Assembly (NCBI GenBank): GCA_009692605.1
Contig: SHYV01000003.1
Span: 1 to 43,962, forward strand
Length of the DNA stretch: 43,962 bases
Source: Myxococcales bacterium
Lineage (GTDB): Bacteria > Myxococcota_A > UBA796 > SXON01
Direction: 5' to 3'
Shown: in pieces, positions 18,516-29,600 of the stretch
How positions within the stretch are numbered: the first letter of the stretch is position 1
Layout: the number at the start of each line of letters is the position of its first letter
Notes under the pieces: model-generated
Seen by the model: the letters and a program-made list of their open reading frames with translations, nothing else
The model's database searches: none
What the model was told of the DNA's origin: nothing
Made by a program: the position numbers and the translations under genes

Positions 18516-19462
18516 CCCCAACTGACCCACCGGCAGCCCCTCCAGCCGCCCGTCCGACAGCCCAGTCGACCGCGGAGCGCGACTCGGACGGCGAGTTCTC
18601 ATTCGCCGCCTGGAGCCGCGAGGTGCTGCCTGCCTTCGAGACCGCCCTCCTGTCCCGATTCGCCGACGCCCGCCCCGCCGCGTTGATGGAGGCGTGCCGA
18701 TATCCCCTGCGAACGGGTGGAAAGCGCATCCGGCCCCTGCTCGCCTTCGCAGCCGCACAGGCGTGCGGCGACCGCCGGGCCGCGCTCGGGGCCGCGGTCG
18801 CCGTGGAGCTGCTCCACACCTACTCGCTCGTCCACGACGACCTGCCGTGCATGGATGACGACGACGAGCGGCGCGGCCGACCCACCGTGCACAAGGTGTA
18901 CAACGAAGGCGTAGCGGTGCTCGTCGGAGATGCCCTGCTGACCGAGGCGTTCGCGGTGCTCGCCGCGCGAGCGGGAAACCGGGCCGCCCAGAGAGCACAG
19001 CTGGTCGGGGAGCTCGCCGCCGCCGGCGGAGCAGGAGGCATGATCGCGGGGCAAGCCTACGACATCGGGATGGACGGGCCGATCCTCGACGTAGACCGGC
19101 TCCGCGTGCTCCACCGCGCCAAGACCGGCGCCTTGATCCGCGCCGCCGTCCGCATGGGCGCGATCGCAGCCGGAGCCCCGGCCGGGCGGCTCACTGCCCT
19201 GACCCGATACGCCGAGGAGGTCGGCCTTGCGTTTCAGGTGCACGACGACGTGCTGGACGCCGATCAAGACGCCGGCCGCGGCGATGGAGGCCCGCCCTCG
19301 TTCGTGAAGCTGCTTGGAGTAGACGGCGCTCGCACCGCCGCTCTGACACACATGGAAGCGGCCCTCGCGGCGCTGCAGCCGCTCTCCCGCACGAGCCCCG
19401 AGCGGTCCGCCGTGGCTCCGCTTGCGGCCATCGCGATCTTCACGGTGGAGCGCGTGGCCTGA
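18512..19462 (+). CDS. ispA: Polyprenyl synthetase (farnesyl/geranylgeranyl diphosphate synthase)
   Basis: GGKRIRP, first Asp-rich motif HDDLPCMDDDDERRG, GQAYD, KT, second Asp-rich motif FQVHDDVLD. Confidence 0.9.
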   Translation: MTPTDPPAAPPAARPTAQSTAERDSDGEFSFAAWSREVLPAFETALLSRFADARPAALMEACRYPLRTGGKRIRPLLAFAAAQACGDRRAALGAAVAVELLHTYSLVHDDLPCMDDDDERRGRPTVHKVYNEGVAVLVGDALLTEAFAVLAARAGNRAAQRAQLVGELAAAGGAGGMIAGQAYDIGMDGPILDVDRLRVLHRAKTGALIRAAVRMGAIAAGAPAGRLTALTRYAEEVGLAFQVHDDVLDADQDAGRGDGGPPSFVKLLGVDGARTAALTHMEAALAALQPLSRTSPERSAVAPLAAIAIFTVERVA

Positions 19463-19543
19463 GCACCCGGTCAGTTCCCCCACGACGAGGCTTGGCGCGG
19501 ACGGCGACGTGCGGCTACGCTCGTTGCGACCGCGGAGGTCCGC

Positions 19544-20134
19544 TTGTACGTCTCTCTCCTGCCCCTTCTGATCGCCCTCTGCGGCTGCCAGCACGCCATC
19601 GTCCTGCTCGACGACACCGGCCCCGCCACGGTCAGCGGCGACACAGACACGGACACGGACTCCGACACGGACTCCGACTCGGACTCCGACTCGGACTCGG
19701 ACACCGGCACGGTCCCCACACCCGCCGCAGACTTCGCGTCCTTCGTCGGGTCCCAACGGTTCACCTACTCCTCCTGGACCGGCGACTGCGATGAGACCGT
19801 CGAGGTCGTGGGCACCGAGGTCTCGCCCAGCAGCGACACCTGGGCGGCAGCGGCGGACGCCTGCCCCTCGTGCGACGATTTCTACGACGTCACCTACTCC
19901 ACCTCCACGGCCTGCTCCTGGATCTCCCTCCCCGCCTACGTGCACGGGGTCCGCTTCCTCGACACGGTCGCGGAGAGCACCGTCCTCGAAGCGAACTACT
20001 CCGGCGGGTACGACGTGTACGCTCAGGACCTGACCGGCACCTTCGACGGCTTCACCTTCGACTACGACGTCACTATCAGCCTTTACGGCCTCAATGTCCG
20101 CGTCGAGGGCGACGGCACGTTCCCGGAGCTGTAA
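19544..20134 (+). CDS. Hypothetical lipoprotein with an Asp-Thr/Asp-Ser dipeptide linker
   Basis: GGAGG RBS before TTG 19544; LIALCGC lipobox; (D[T/S])11 tract followed by a small acidic domain with four Cys. Confidence 0.75.
   Translation: MYVSLLPLLIALCGCQHAIVLLDDTGPATVSGDTDTDTDSDTDSDSDSDSDSDTGTVPTPAADFASFVGSQRFTYSSWTGDCDETVEVVGTEVSPSSDTWAAAADACPSCDDFYDVTYSTSTACSWISLPAYVHGVRFLDTVAESTVLEANYSGGYDVYAQDLTGTFDGFTFDYDVTISLYGLNVRVEGDGTFPEL
19640..19705 (+). repeat. Coding hexamer repeat (GAC[A/T]CN)11 encoding the DT/DS tract
   Basis: gac aca gac acg gac acg gac tcc gac acg gac tcc gac tcg gac tcc gac tcg gac tcg gac acc. Confidence 0.9.
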
Positions 20135-20136
20135 GC

Positions 20137-20640
20137 GTGCGCCGCGAAATCCACGCCGGCAGGATCGGACGCTTCGGGCTTGAAGACGTGACGCTCCCCA
20201 ACGGCCAGCAGGTGACTCTGGAGATCCTGCGACACCCCGGAGCAGCCGCGGTGGTCCCGATGCACGAGGACGGATCGATCACCCTCATTCGACAGCACCG
20301 CCATGCCGCGGGCGGGATGATCTGGGAGATCCCGGCAGGGAAGCTGGAGCCGGGCGAGTCGGCCGAGCGCTGCGCCGAGCGTGAGCTCGCTGAAGAGGCC
20401 GGGCTGGTCGGCGTGCTCTCGCCGCTGCTGCCGCTGTGGACGACACCGGCGTTCACCGACGAGGTGATCCACCTGTTTCTGGCCCGACACCTGAGCTCCG
20501 TTCCGCTGGCCCCGGAGCCGGACGAGGTGATCGAGCCGGTCCGGCTCTCGCGCGCGGAGGTGGAACGCCTGATCGACCGCGGGGAGATCCGGGACGGCAA
20601 AACCCTCGTAGGCATCCTGTTGGCGTGGCGGGCCCCGTAA
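20137..20640 (+). CDS. Nudix hydrolase, ADP-ribose pyrophosphatase (NudF-like)
   Basis: HPGAAAVVP, RQHRH, Nudix box GKLEPGESAERCAERELAEEAGL, TPAFTDE, DGKT. GTG start at 20137. Confidence 0.88.
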   Translation: MRREIHAGRIGRFGLEDVTLPNGQQVTLEILRHPGAAAVVPMHEDGSITLIRQHRHAAGGMIWEIPAGKLEPGESAERCAERELAEEAGLVGVLSPLLPLWTTPAFTDEVIHLFLARHLSSVPLAPEPDEVIEPVRLSRAEVERLIDRGEIRDGKTLVGILLAWRAP

Positions 20641-20665
20641 GCGCTCCAACCGGGGAGCAGGCCAC

Positions 20666-21118
20666 TCAGGGAGCCGGGATCACCGGGATCGCGGGAGGCA
20701 AGGGCGCCGGCCCGGCAGGCAGGTCGATGATGTGGCTGGCCGTGGCGTAGCCGTTCAGCGCGAGCGCCATGCAAGACTGGCGCATCGACCGCAGCGCGTA
20801 GGTGAGCTCGGCGCAGGCGGAGCGCCCCGAGCAGGTGATCAGGCGCTCAACGTCGTTGTGCGATGCCCAGAACGAAGGGTCCTTGGCCGCATCGGGAACC
20901 TTGCAGGCCAGAAGCACGTCCTGAGGGTCGATGTAGTACAGCGCCGCCGTAATCGCCGCGTCAAAGTTGTCGCTCTGCTTCGTACGAACCAGCCACGCGC
21001 GATCGTCGGCGTGCTCCTTTCGCTGTTCGGTGGTGATGGCAGAGGCCCCACGCTCAGCTTTGTAGGCCTCCTGCCATGTCTCCACGCCGACAATGTTCAG
21101 GGTGATCCAAAGCGCCAT
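20666..21118 (-). CDS. Hypothetical protein
   Basis: ATG with GAGG RBS; protein-like composition; fills the gap between genes; no motif recognised. Confidence 0.6.
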   Translation of the reverse strand: MALWITLNIVGVETWQEAYKAERGASAITTEQRKEHADDRAWLVRTKQSDNFDAAITAALYYIDPQDVLLACKVPDAAKDPSFWASHNDVERLITCSGRSACAELTYALRSMRQSCMALALNGYATASHIIDLPAGPAPLPPAIPVIPAP

Positions 21119-21176
21119 TCGAACCTCAAAGGGGGAAAGATGGGAGTAACGCAGCCGGAGACGCAGGGTGCCACGG

Positions 21177-22232
21177 TCAGCTGACCAGCATCGCCTTCGC
21201 GGCTGTATACAGCGCAGGTCCGTGGGCTAGCACCGAGGCCTCCCAGGAGGCGTCGAGCGGTGCGAAGGCCTCCCTCATGCCCATCTTGGCCCAGTGGTCG
21301 ATGCTGCCCGGGGCGAGGGTCCCCCAGTGATGAAGCCGGTTCTCCGCCCGCACCCTCGCCAGCACCGCGAGGTTGGAGAGGGTCCCGAACTCGCAGGTGA
21401 ACCCATCGTACCGCGTGGGTCGCGCCTTGATCGCGGCGCGGCGGCCCAGCTCCTCTAACAGTCCGCCGCGAATCTCATAGGCTTGGAGGTTCGAAGGGTC
21501 CCACCCCTTGACCTCCACCCCAAACGCCGCCCGGGCCCGCGAGAGGCGGGCGGGGTCCGCCTCTCCGTCCAGCAGCACGGTGCGTCCACCGAACGCACCG
21601 AGCCCGGAGTGAAGGTCGACGTGGACGACCCGGGCGCAGTCGTCGAGCTGCTCGTCCAGCATCGCGAGGAGCAGCTCCGGGCCCCGCTCCAGCCGGTGGC
21701 CCCCGAAGAAGATCCCCTTCGGGTTCTGGTGCTGGCCGCCCACCACGGCGTTCTTCAACGCCTGGTACCCATGGCGCGCCACGACCCACGCCACGTTGGG
21801 CCAGAAGAGCTCAACGCCGCCCGGCGGGCTCTCGGGGTTGAGCAGACCGTCCAGCGCCGCGTAGGTCGGGTCATTGGTGCTGTATTCGACCCCAGGCGCC
21901 AGAAAGTTGCGGTTGAGATCAACGTTATTTTCGTTGAATCGCCGGTAGTTCGCCATCCCCCACGGGTTGAGCACGTGCACGATGAGGGTCGGCACATCCA
22001 GTGACCGCGTGAGCAAATCCAACTGCACCGCCGAACCCCCGAACCCTTCGACGCCGTGCAGCGCGCTGGTGAAAACGATCACGTTTCCCTGTGGCGTCCG
22101 CTCGGGGCCCGCCCATGTCCAGTCGATGGTGAGGCCATCGACAAGGTCGGCCGAGCCTGTACGGCGCCCCGCAGCGGCATTGGCCGTGCGGAAGTTGTCG
22201 CGCGCCTGCTGGTAGTCCTTGGAAAAACTCAC
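21177..22232 (-). CDS. M14-like zinc carboxypeptidase (DUF2817-like)
   Basis: HGVE zinc motif, NPWG, RFNENNVDLNRNF, DLHSGLG, CEFGT. ATG overlaps the plsC stop. Confidence 0.8.
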   Translation of the reverse strand: MSFSKDYQQARDNFRTANAAAGRRTGSADLVDGLTIDWTWAGPERTPQGNVIVFTSALHGVEGFGGSAVQLDLLTRSLDVPTLIVHVLNPWGMANYRRFNENNVDLNRNFLAPGVEYSTNDPTYAALDGLLNPESPPGGVELFWPNVAWVVARHGYQALKNAVVGGQHQNPKGIFFGGHRLERGPELLLAMLDEQLDDCARVVHVDLHSGLGAFGGRTVLLDGEADPARLSRARAAFGVEVKGWDPSNLQAYEIRGGLLEELGRRAAIKARPTRYDGFTCEFGTLSNLAVLARVRAENRLHHWGTLAPGSIDHWAKMGMREAFAPLDASWEASVLAHGPALYTAAKAMLVS

Positions 22233-23005
22233 ATGGCCCCCGCGGTCGCCAGCTCAGCCGGCACCGGGCGCTGGTCGTCCGGCAGCGCCGCTGCGAAGCG
22301 CTGGTAGACGTCAGCGATGTGCGCGTCCAGCGTCTCCGCGCTCCAATCGGTCGTGGGGATCGGGTCCAGCACCTGAATCCCGATGTGCGTGGGCTCCAGC
22401 ATCAGAGAGCCCTTTCGCCACGCCCGATGGGCCCCGGTCACAACCACCGGCACGACGGGGAGCCGCGTGGCGAGCGCGAGGTGGGCGAACCCCTTCTTGA
22501 ACGGTCGCAGTCTCCCGTCCTTGGAGCGGGTACCCTCTGGCCACATCCAAACCGACAGGCTGTGCTTCGCGATCAGGTCGGCCAGGCTCCCAAGCGCCGC
22601 CACGGCGTTGGAGCGGTCGTTCCGGTCGATCAGCAGGTGGCCGGAGATCGCGTAGAGCTGCCCGAAGAACGGGTACCAGACGACCTCCTTCTTGGCGACC
22701 CCGACCACGCCGAGCGGCCCGAGCCAGATGCCGATGAAGATGTCCACCACGCTCGTGTGGTTCGACAAGTAGATCGCCGGGTAGAACCGCTTGGCGCGCG
22801 CCGTGCACTCGCCCGGGGCATGGAGATCGGCGGACGCCAGCCACAAGCAGAACCGGCCGGTGATGTGCCCGAACACGTTGCACGCCCGGATGCGCAGGCC
22901 CCGCCAGGGAGCCACCAGGGCGCACACCACCATAAACACGGTCACAGCGACCGCCATGTAGACGAGCCCCACCGACAAGCGCAGCAGGCTCTTGACAACG
23001 CGCAA
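22229..23005 (-). CDS. plsC: 1-acyl-sn-glycerol-3-phosphate acyltransferase family
   Basis: NHTSVVD, AKKE, IDR, PEGTRS, FKKG, PVVPV; N-terminal TM; AGGAG RBS before TTG. Confidence 0.88.
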   Translation of the reverse strand: MRVVKSLLRLSVGLVYMAVAVTVFMVVCALVAPWRGLRIRACNVFGHITGRFCLWLASADLHAPGECTARAKRFYPAIYLSNHTSVVDIFIGIWLGPLGVVGVAKKEVVWYPFFGQLYAISGHLLIDRNDRSNAVAALGSLADLIAKHSLSVWMWPEGTRSKDGRLRPFKKGFAHLALATRLPVVPVVVTGAHRAWRKGSLMLEPTHIGIQVLDPIPTTDWSAETLDAHIADVYQRFAAALPDDQRPVPAELATAGAM

Positions 23006-23074
23006 CGCGGACTCCTGAGAGTGGCGGTTCTATGCTCCCGGTGTCACAGGTGCGTCACGGGCGGGTTCGGAGCT

Positions 23075-25297
23075 TCACACCGCCCCAAACCCTACCGGCT
23101 TCCCGCGCTTGACCCCCGACTCCTCAGACGCGGCCTGCTCCAACAACCCCTGCGACACGGAGACCTCCCGGCGCGCCGCCCGGAACGCTGCACGCAGCAC
23201 GATGTTCTTGATCTGACCGCCGGTCAACACATGCTGGGCCCCCAGCGCGTCGAAGTCCACCGTCCCATCCATCGGCACGGTGTCCGGCAACAGGCGCCGC
23301 CAGATCCCGGCGCGCAGAACGGCGTCGGGAAGGCCGAAGTTGATCCGCCAGCCAATCCGGCGGTCAAGGGCCGGATCAAGCCGGTCCGGTAGGTTTGTGG
23401 CCAACAGCACCACGCCATCGTGGCGCTCGATCTCCAGGAGCAGCACGTCCACCGCGGCGTCATCATGGCGCGAAGCGTGGCCCGATCCACGTGACGCCAG
23501 CAGCGCGTCGGCCTCGTCGAGCAGCAGCACTGACCCCTGCGCCCGCGCTTGCTTGAACAGGGCCTCGATGTTCTTCTCGGTGTTGCCTACCCACATCGAG
23601 ACTACGGACGGGATCGACGCCGCGATCAGCGGGCGATGCAGCTCACCCGCGATGGCCTCGGCGCACAGCGTCTTGCCGGTCCCTGGGGGCCCACACAAGA
23701 GCGCGGACACTCCCTTTCCATAGGAGAGATGGCTGCCGATCCCCCAGCGGTCCAAGACTACTCGCCGGTTGCGCGCCGCGTCGACGATCTCGCGCACCTG
23801 ATCGAGCTGGGCCTCCGCCAGAAATACGTCGGTGAGGCGAACCTTCGGCGTGGTGGTGGGCGACCCGGGCTGTCCCACGCGCCGCACCTGGGCCTGAGCG
23901 GCCGACTCCAGATGGCGCATGTGGACCCGCGGCGCACCGGTCCCGCCGTCTTCGTGCACCGCGTCGGCCACGGCGGTCAGCACGGCGTTCTTGATGTACC
24001 CGCCGCTCATCTCAAACCGGCTGGCGAGGGTGTCGAGATCGACGTCCTCGGCGAGCGGCACCTTTGGCGGCAGGTGCTGCCGCCAAATGCGCTGGCGCGC
24101 CGTCCGGTCGGGCTCTGGAAACGCCACGCGCACCAACGCACGACGGTCCAGCGCGGGGTCGAGCTGCTCGGGCGCGTTGGTTGCGAGGATCGCCACGCCC
24201 TCGAAGCGCTCGATTTCGGTGAGCAGCACGTTGAGCAGGTGGTTGCCGGAAGCACGGGCCGCGAACAGGCTCTCACACTCGTCGAAGAACAGGACCGCGT
24301 TCTGCAGGCGGGCCTCGCGGAACAGCGCGGGGAAGAACGTGTTCGCTTGATTATGCTCAAGGAAGGTTGGGATATCGACGTTGAGCACCTTGCGCCCGAT
24401 GCGACCGGCCACCCCGTGGGCGGTCATCGTCTTGCCGGTGCCGGGCGGCCCGTGAAAAAGCATCAAGACGCCACGGCCATAGCGAATCACGTCGTCGAGG
24501 CCCCACTCCTTGCGGTAGCGCAGGTAGTCGTCGTGCCGCTCGACCACCGAGAGGATGCGGCGCTTGTCGGCGGGGTCGAGCACGACGTCGTCGAGAGAGG
24601 CCAGCGGCTCTTCCAGGCGGGAGAACTCGAGCAGTTCGGTGCCGAGCAGGCTGTCGCCAAGCAGGTAGGAGAAGGTGCGCGCGGAGACGCGGACCGTGGC
24701 GTGCAGCAGGTCTTCGGGGCCGTTCATGGCGCCCATCGTCGCCATGAGATCGTTGGCGTACAGCGGCCCGAGCTTCGAAAACACCCGCCGGCGAAGGATG
24801 CGCTCGGCGAACCCGAACTCCATGAAATTGAACACCGCTTCCACGGTCGGGCCGCCCGGGGAGAACTCCTCGCGGGTCAACGCGCCGTAGAGGTCATCGA
24901 AGGTGCGGGAGAACGCGGGTGCTATCGCCAGCAGGAGCAAGATCCGCTCGAAGGGGTCCAGAGAATACATCGCGCAGAAGCTGTCGAGCCCGAGCTTTGC
25001 CCGCCCGGCGCTCGGCGACCCGGCGCCCGGCGGCTCGGCCGCGCGCGTGAGCTCCAGGCGCGCCTCGATCTGCGCGCGAAGCCGGTCCTCCTCGACGCGG
25101 TGCCCCTTCATTTTCTTCTGGATCTGCCGCGGGCTCTCGGCCGGAGGACCAAACGGCGGTGACTCAGCAGCTGAGTGGCCGGACGCCGCATCGAGCCTGC
25201 GCTGCGCCGCGATTCGTTGGCAGCGGGCCTCGATCCACTGCAGTTCGGCCTCCAGGTAGGTGAGGTCGCCCTCGTAGGGGGTCGTCAGGGTCGTCAT
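23075..25297 (-). CDS. Tandem AAA+ ATPase with N-terminal coiled coil and helical domain
   Basis: Two Walker A motifs (GPPGTGKT twice), Walker B LFFDECE and LLLDEAD, two ATN...LDPALDRR regions, SGGYIKN / TGGQIKN. Confidence 0.9.
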   Translation of the reverse strand: MTTLTTPYEGDLTYLEAELQWIEARCQRIAAQRRLDAASGHSAAESPPFGPPAESPRQIQKKMKGHRVEEDRLRAQIEARLELTRAAEPPGAGSPSAGRAKLGLDSFCAMYSLDPFERILLLLAIAPAFSRTFDDLYGALTREEFSPGGPTVEAVFNFMEFGFAERILRRRVFSKLGPLYANDLMATMGAMNGPEDLLHATVRVSARTFSYLLGDSLLGTELLEFSRLEEPLASLDDVVLDPADKRRILSVVERHDDYLRYRKEWGLDDVIRYGRGVLMLFHGPPGTGKTMTAHGVAGRIGRKVLNVDIPTFLEHNQANTFFPALFREARLQNAVLFFDECESLFAARASGNHLLNVLLTEIERFEGVAILATNAPEQLDPALDRRALVRVAFPEPDRTARQRIWRQHLPPKVPLAEDVDLDTLASRFEMSGGYIKNAVLTAVADAVHEDGGTGAPRVHMRHLESAAQAQVRRVGQPGSPTTTPKVRLTDVFLAEAQLDQVREIVDAARNRRVVLDRWGIGSHLSYGKGVSALLCGPPGTGKTLCAEAIAGELHRPLIAASIPSVVSMWVGNTEKNIEALFKQARAQGSVLLLDEADALLASRGSGHASRHDDAAVDVLLLEIERHDGVVLLATNLPDRLDPALDRRIGWRINFGLPDAVLRAGIWRRLLPDTVPMDGTVDFDALGAQHVLTGGQIKNIVLRAAFRAARREVSVSQGLLEQAASEESGVKRGKPVGFGAV

Positions 25298-25387
25298 GGT
25301 GCCGGGGGCTATCCCGCCGGTCCCCAGGACGGCCTACGCGATAGATCGGCGCACCCGACCGCTGACCCCGTCCTGGAGCCCTGCCCG

Positions 25388-26590
25388 ATGTACGAACCCC
25401 TCCGCAAGAAGATCCTCACCGAGCTCGCCGGCATCCACGAGGCCGGCACCTACAAGCGGGAAAGGGTCATTGTCTCCCCGCAGGGCAGCGAAATCGAGGT
25501 CCAGAGCGCGGGCCAGAGCGCGGGCCAGAGCGTGCTTTGCTTCTGCGCCAACAACTACCTCGGTCTATCCGATGACCCCGCGCTGATCGCCGCCGCCAAA
25601 GAGGCCCTCGACTCCCACGGACTCGGCATGGCCAGCGTGCGGTTCATCTGCGGCACGCAGGACATCCACAAGGCGCTCGAAGCCGAGATCTCCGCCTTTC
25701 TCGGCACCGAAGACACCATCCTCTACTCCTCCTGCTTCGACGCGAACGGCGGCCTGTTCGAGACGCTCCTCGGCGAAGACGACGCGATCATCTCCGACTC
25801 GCTCAACCACGCCAGCATCATCGACGGCATCCGGCTCGCCAAGGCCCAGCGCTACCGGTACCAGCACCTCGACCTCGATGACCTGCGCGCCCAGCTCGTG
25901 GCCGCCGGCTCCGCCCGAGTCAAGCTGATCGCGACCGACGGTGTCTTCTCGATGGACGGAGACATCGCCCCGCTCCAGCAAATCTGTGACATCGCCGACG
26001 AGCACGGCGCGATGGTGATGGTGGACGACAGCCACGCCACCGGCTTTGTAGGCAGCACCGGCCGCGGGTCAATCGAGCACTGCGGCGTGATGGGTCGGGT
26101 CGACGTGCTCACCGGCACGCTCGGCAAGGCGCTCGGAGGGGCATGCGGCGGCTACACGTCGGGTCGGAAGGAGATCGTCGAGCTGCTGCGGCAACGGAGC
26201 AGGCCCTACCTCTTCTCGAATACCCTCCCTCCGCCGATCGTCGGCGCAGCCCGGAAGGCGTTCTCCATCCTCTCGGGCAGCACGGCCCGCCGCGATCACC
26301 TCGAGCGGCTCACCCACCACTTCCGCCGCGAGATGACCGCCGCCGGATTCCAGATTCGGCCCGGGGTGCACCCCATCGTCCCCATCCACCTCGGCGACGC
26401 CCGACTGGCCACCGAGATGGCCGACCGCGTCTTGAAGCTCGGGATCTACGTCATCGGGTTCAGCTTCCCCGTCGTGCCGAAGGGCCAAGCCCGTATCCGC
26501 GTGCAGATCTCTGCTGCACACACGCTGGAGCAGGTCGATCAGGCCATCGCCGCCTTCGTGACGGTCGGGAAAGAGCTCGGCGTAGTGTGA
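25388..26590 (+). CDS. kbl: Glycine C-acetyltransferase (2-amino-3-ketobutyrate CoA ligase)
   Basis: [70 protein letters not shown] 25388. Confidence 0.95.
   Translation: MYEPLRKKILTELAGIHEAGTYKRERVIVSPQGSEIEVQSAGQSAGQSVLCFCANNYLGLSDDPALIAAAKEALDSHGLGMASVRFICGTQDIHKALEAEISAFLGTEDTILYSSCFDANGGLFETLLGEDDAIISDSLNHASIIDGIRLAKAQRYRYQHLDLDDLRAQLVAAGSARVKLIATDGVFSMDGDIAPLQQICDIADEHGAMVMVDDSHATGFVGSTGRGSIEHCGVMGRVDVLTGTLGKALGGACGGYTSGRKEIVELLRQRSRPYLFSNTLPPPIVGAARKAFSILSGSTARRDHLERLTHHFRREMTAAGFQIRPGVHPIVPIHLGDARLATEMADRVLKLGIYVIGFSFPVVPKGQARIRVQISAAHTLEQVDQAIAAFVTVGKELGVV
25502..25532 (+). repeat. In-frame 12-bp tandem repeat in kbl: (CAGAGCGCGGGC)2 + CAGAGCG
   Basis: Encodes [10 protein letters not shown] just before VLCFCANNY. 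Confidence 0.85.
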
Positions 26591-26633
26591 ACGCGCTCTC
26601 GCGGATCGAGGGTGCGGAGAGGAGTCCGACGTC

Positions 26634-29600
26634 ATGATTCGGGCCAGCATCCAGAACCCCTACGCCGTCATCGTCGCGTGCATCTTCGTCGCGCTCGCCG
26701 GAGTCACGGCCGCGCGAACGCTGCCGCTGCAGCTCCGGCCGACGGTAGAGCCCGCCGAGGTTCAGGTCACCACAGCGTACCCGGGCGCAGCGCCTGCTGA
26801 GGTCGAGGACCAGATCACCCGTCGGATCGAGGACCAGCTCACCAGCGTCAGCGGCATGCGGGAGCTGGTGTCCACCTCGGGCTCGGGCCGGTCCACGATC
26901 ACGCTGAAGTTCGAGGACGGCGTGGACCGCAACGTCGCGATGATCGACGTGCTCAACAAGCTCGGCGGGGTGCAGGGGCTCCCCGGAGACGCCGACCCGC
27001 CCGAGGCCACCGCGACCACGAGCGACCAACAGTCGCCGATGATGTGGGTGGCCGTACAGGGCATACGGGACGCCGCCGGGAACGTCACCCCGTTGCCCGT
27101 CCAGGAGCTGCGGCAGGCCGTAGATGACGCCATCGCACCAAGGCTCCGCCGCGTGGAAGGGGTCGCCGGGATGATCATCGCGGGGGCTGACAAACGCGAG
27201 GTCCACCTGCTCGCCAACCTTGACGCGGCCGCAGCGCGCGGGATCCCGATCAGCGAGCTGCTCGCCGCGCTGCCGCGGCACGACGTGAACAGCCGCGGCG
27301 GCCCCCTCTGGAGCGGCAAGCGCGAGTACACGCTGCGCACCCTCGGCCGACCGGCGACGCTCAACGAGGTGGCAAACGTGGTGCTTCGGCGCGACGGCCA
27401 AGGCGTGGTCCACCTCGGCGACATCGCCACGCCGACCATCGAGTCCGCCATCGGGCAGACGACGATGCGGCTCAACGGCATCCCAGGCATCTCCCTCGGC
27501 ATCCAGCGCCAGACCGGGGCCAACGTACCGACCACCGCCGACGGCGTGGAGAGCGCGCTCGAGGAGCTGCGCCACACCTTCGCCATCTCCGGCGTGCCCA
27601 TCGACTTCACCGTGCTCTACTCCGAGACCACCTACATCGACGACGCCCTCGCAGGGGCGGTCTCCGACTCGCTGCTCGGCGTCGCGCTGGCCGGAGCGGC
27701 CCTGCTGATCGCGCTGCGGTCACCCCGCGCGGTGGTGGTGGTCGCCGCAGCCCAACCGCTGGCGGTCCTGTGCGTCTTTCCGGTGTTGTGGTGGCTCGGG
27801 AGGTCGCTGAACATCATCACGCTGGCCGGGTTGGCGTTCGGGGTCGGCATCACGATTGACAACGCGATCGTGGTGGTCGAGAACATCCACCGCCACCGTG
27901 AGCGCGGCGCCAGCGTGCCCGACGCCGCGTGGGCGGGGACGCGCGAGGTGGCCGGCGCGATGGTGGCAGCCACGATGACCAACGTATGTGTCTTTGCTCC
28001 AGTGATCTTTCTGGGGGGAGAAGCGGGCCAGATCTTTCGGGACCTCGCCATTGGGATCTCGGTCGCCGCCGTGGGCAGCCTCATCGCGGTGCTGACGGTC
28101 GTTCCAGCCGCGGCCGCGTGGCTCGGCACCGGAGCGGTCACCACGGTCTCTGGCGGCGGTTGGCTCGGCAGGCTCTATGGCCGGATCATCGACGCGATCA
28201 CGCGCCACGCCTGGGTCCGAATCCTGGTGCTGCTCGCGGCGATCAGCGTGAGCGGACTGGGCGTCCTCGCCGTGCCGGCCCCGAGCTACTTGCCCGAAGG
28301 CAACCGCAACCTCATCCTGACGCTCGCCCGCGCGCTTCCCGGGACGTCCTCGGAGGCAGCCGGGGAGCTCCTGGCGCCGCTGGAGCAGTCGCTGCTCGCG
28401 GACCCGCGGGTGGACCGCACGTTCGTCGTGCTGTCGTCGCGGTTCTCGGCGGTCGGCATGACGCTGACCGCAGAGCACACGCCGCCCGCGAAGTTTTCCG
28501 CCTTTCTCGGTGAGCTGCGTGGGCGGGTCGCCACCGTGCCCGGCTTCCGCTTCCTTTTTCCGATCCGGGCCAGCATCTTTCAGGATCCAGGTCGACAGTT
28601 TGAGGTGTCCGTCTCCGGCCCGGACCTCGGGGAGCTGACCAGGCTCGCCGCGAAGCTGCAAGCGAACCTGCGCACTCTCCCGGGCGTCGTCAGCGTACGC
28701 TCCAATTTTGAAGCCGGAAATCCCGAGATTCAGGTGCTCCCCGACCGCATCGCCCTCGCCACCCTGGGGATCACCCCGCAGGAGGTCGCCAACGCGGTCG
28801 AGGTCGCCGTCGGAGGCCGCCGGGTCGGGACCTACCTCGACGAAGGGCGGGAGCTGGACGTCGTGCTGATCGGCGAGGACCGGTACCGCCACGACGCGGG
28901 CGCGCTCAAGGCTCTGTACATACGCCCCGGCGTTCCGCTCGATGCGGTGGCGGACGTGGTCGAGGTGCTCGGCCCGGTGTCGATCCCTCACCTCGATCAG
29001 GCGCGAGCGATCACGCTCACCGTGAACCTGGGCGAAGGGGCAGCGCTCGGGGCCGCCTTGCAGGCCTGCGAGACGACCGTGCTCGACCCGCTCCGGGCGG
29101 GGCTGCCCGCCGGATATCTGATGGCCACCGGCGGCACCGCAGACCGGCTCAGCGAGACATTTCGGGGCTTGCAGAGCAGCTTCGGGTACGCACTCGTGCT
29201 CATCTACCTGCTGCTCGTGGCGCTCTACAAGTCCTGGTCCCAGCCGCTGGTCATCCTCACCGCGGTGCCGTTGGGCGTGTGTGGCGCGCTGCTGGCATTG
29301 GCCGCAGCGCATCTGGTCGCGAAGGTGGAGTTCGACATGGTCGCGATGCTGGGCACGATCCTGCTGGCCGGCGTGGTCGTGAACACGAGCATCCTGATCG
29401 TCAGTCAGGCCGAGGAATTTCTCGCGCAGGGGGTACGCCCGAGGGACGCGCTTCGGGAGGCTGCCGCCTCGCGGCTACGGCCGATCCTGATGAGCGTGGT
29501 CACCAGCGTGATCGGCATGCTGCCGCTCGCCGCGGGGCAGGGCAGCGGCTCGGAGCTCTACCGCGGGCTTGGCGTCATCATGGTCGGCGGCATGGTGCTC

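Noticed and set aside
15672-18998. Long alternative ORFs (15672..17609 +, the N-terminal half of 16122..18998 -, and similar ones such as 2938..4515 -, 23549..25162 +, 27720..29312 -, 36765..38675 -)
   Set aside because: They are antisense or off-frame shadows of well-supported genes: Arg/Pro/Gly-rich, motif-free, and expected at this GC content.
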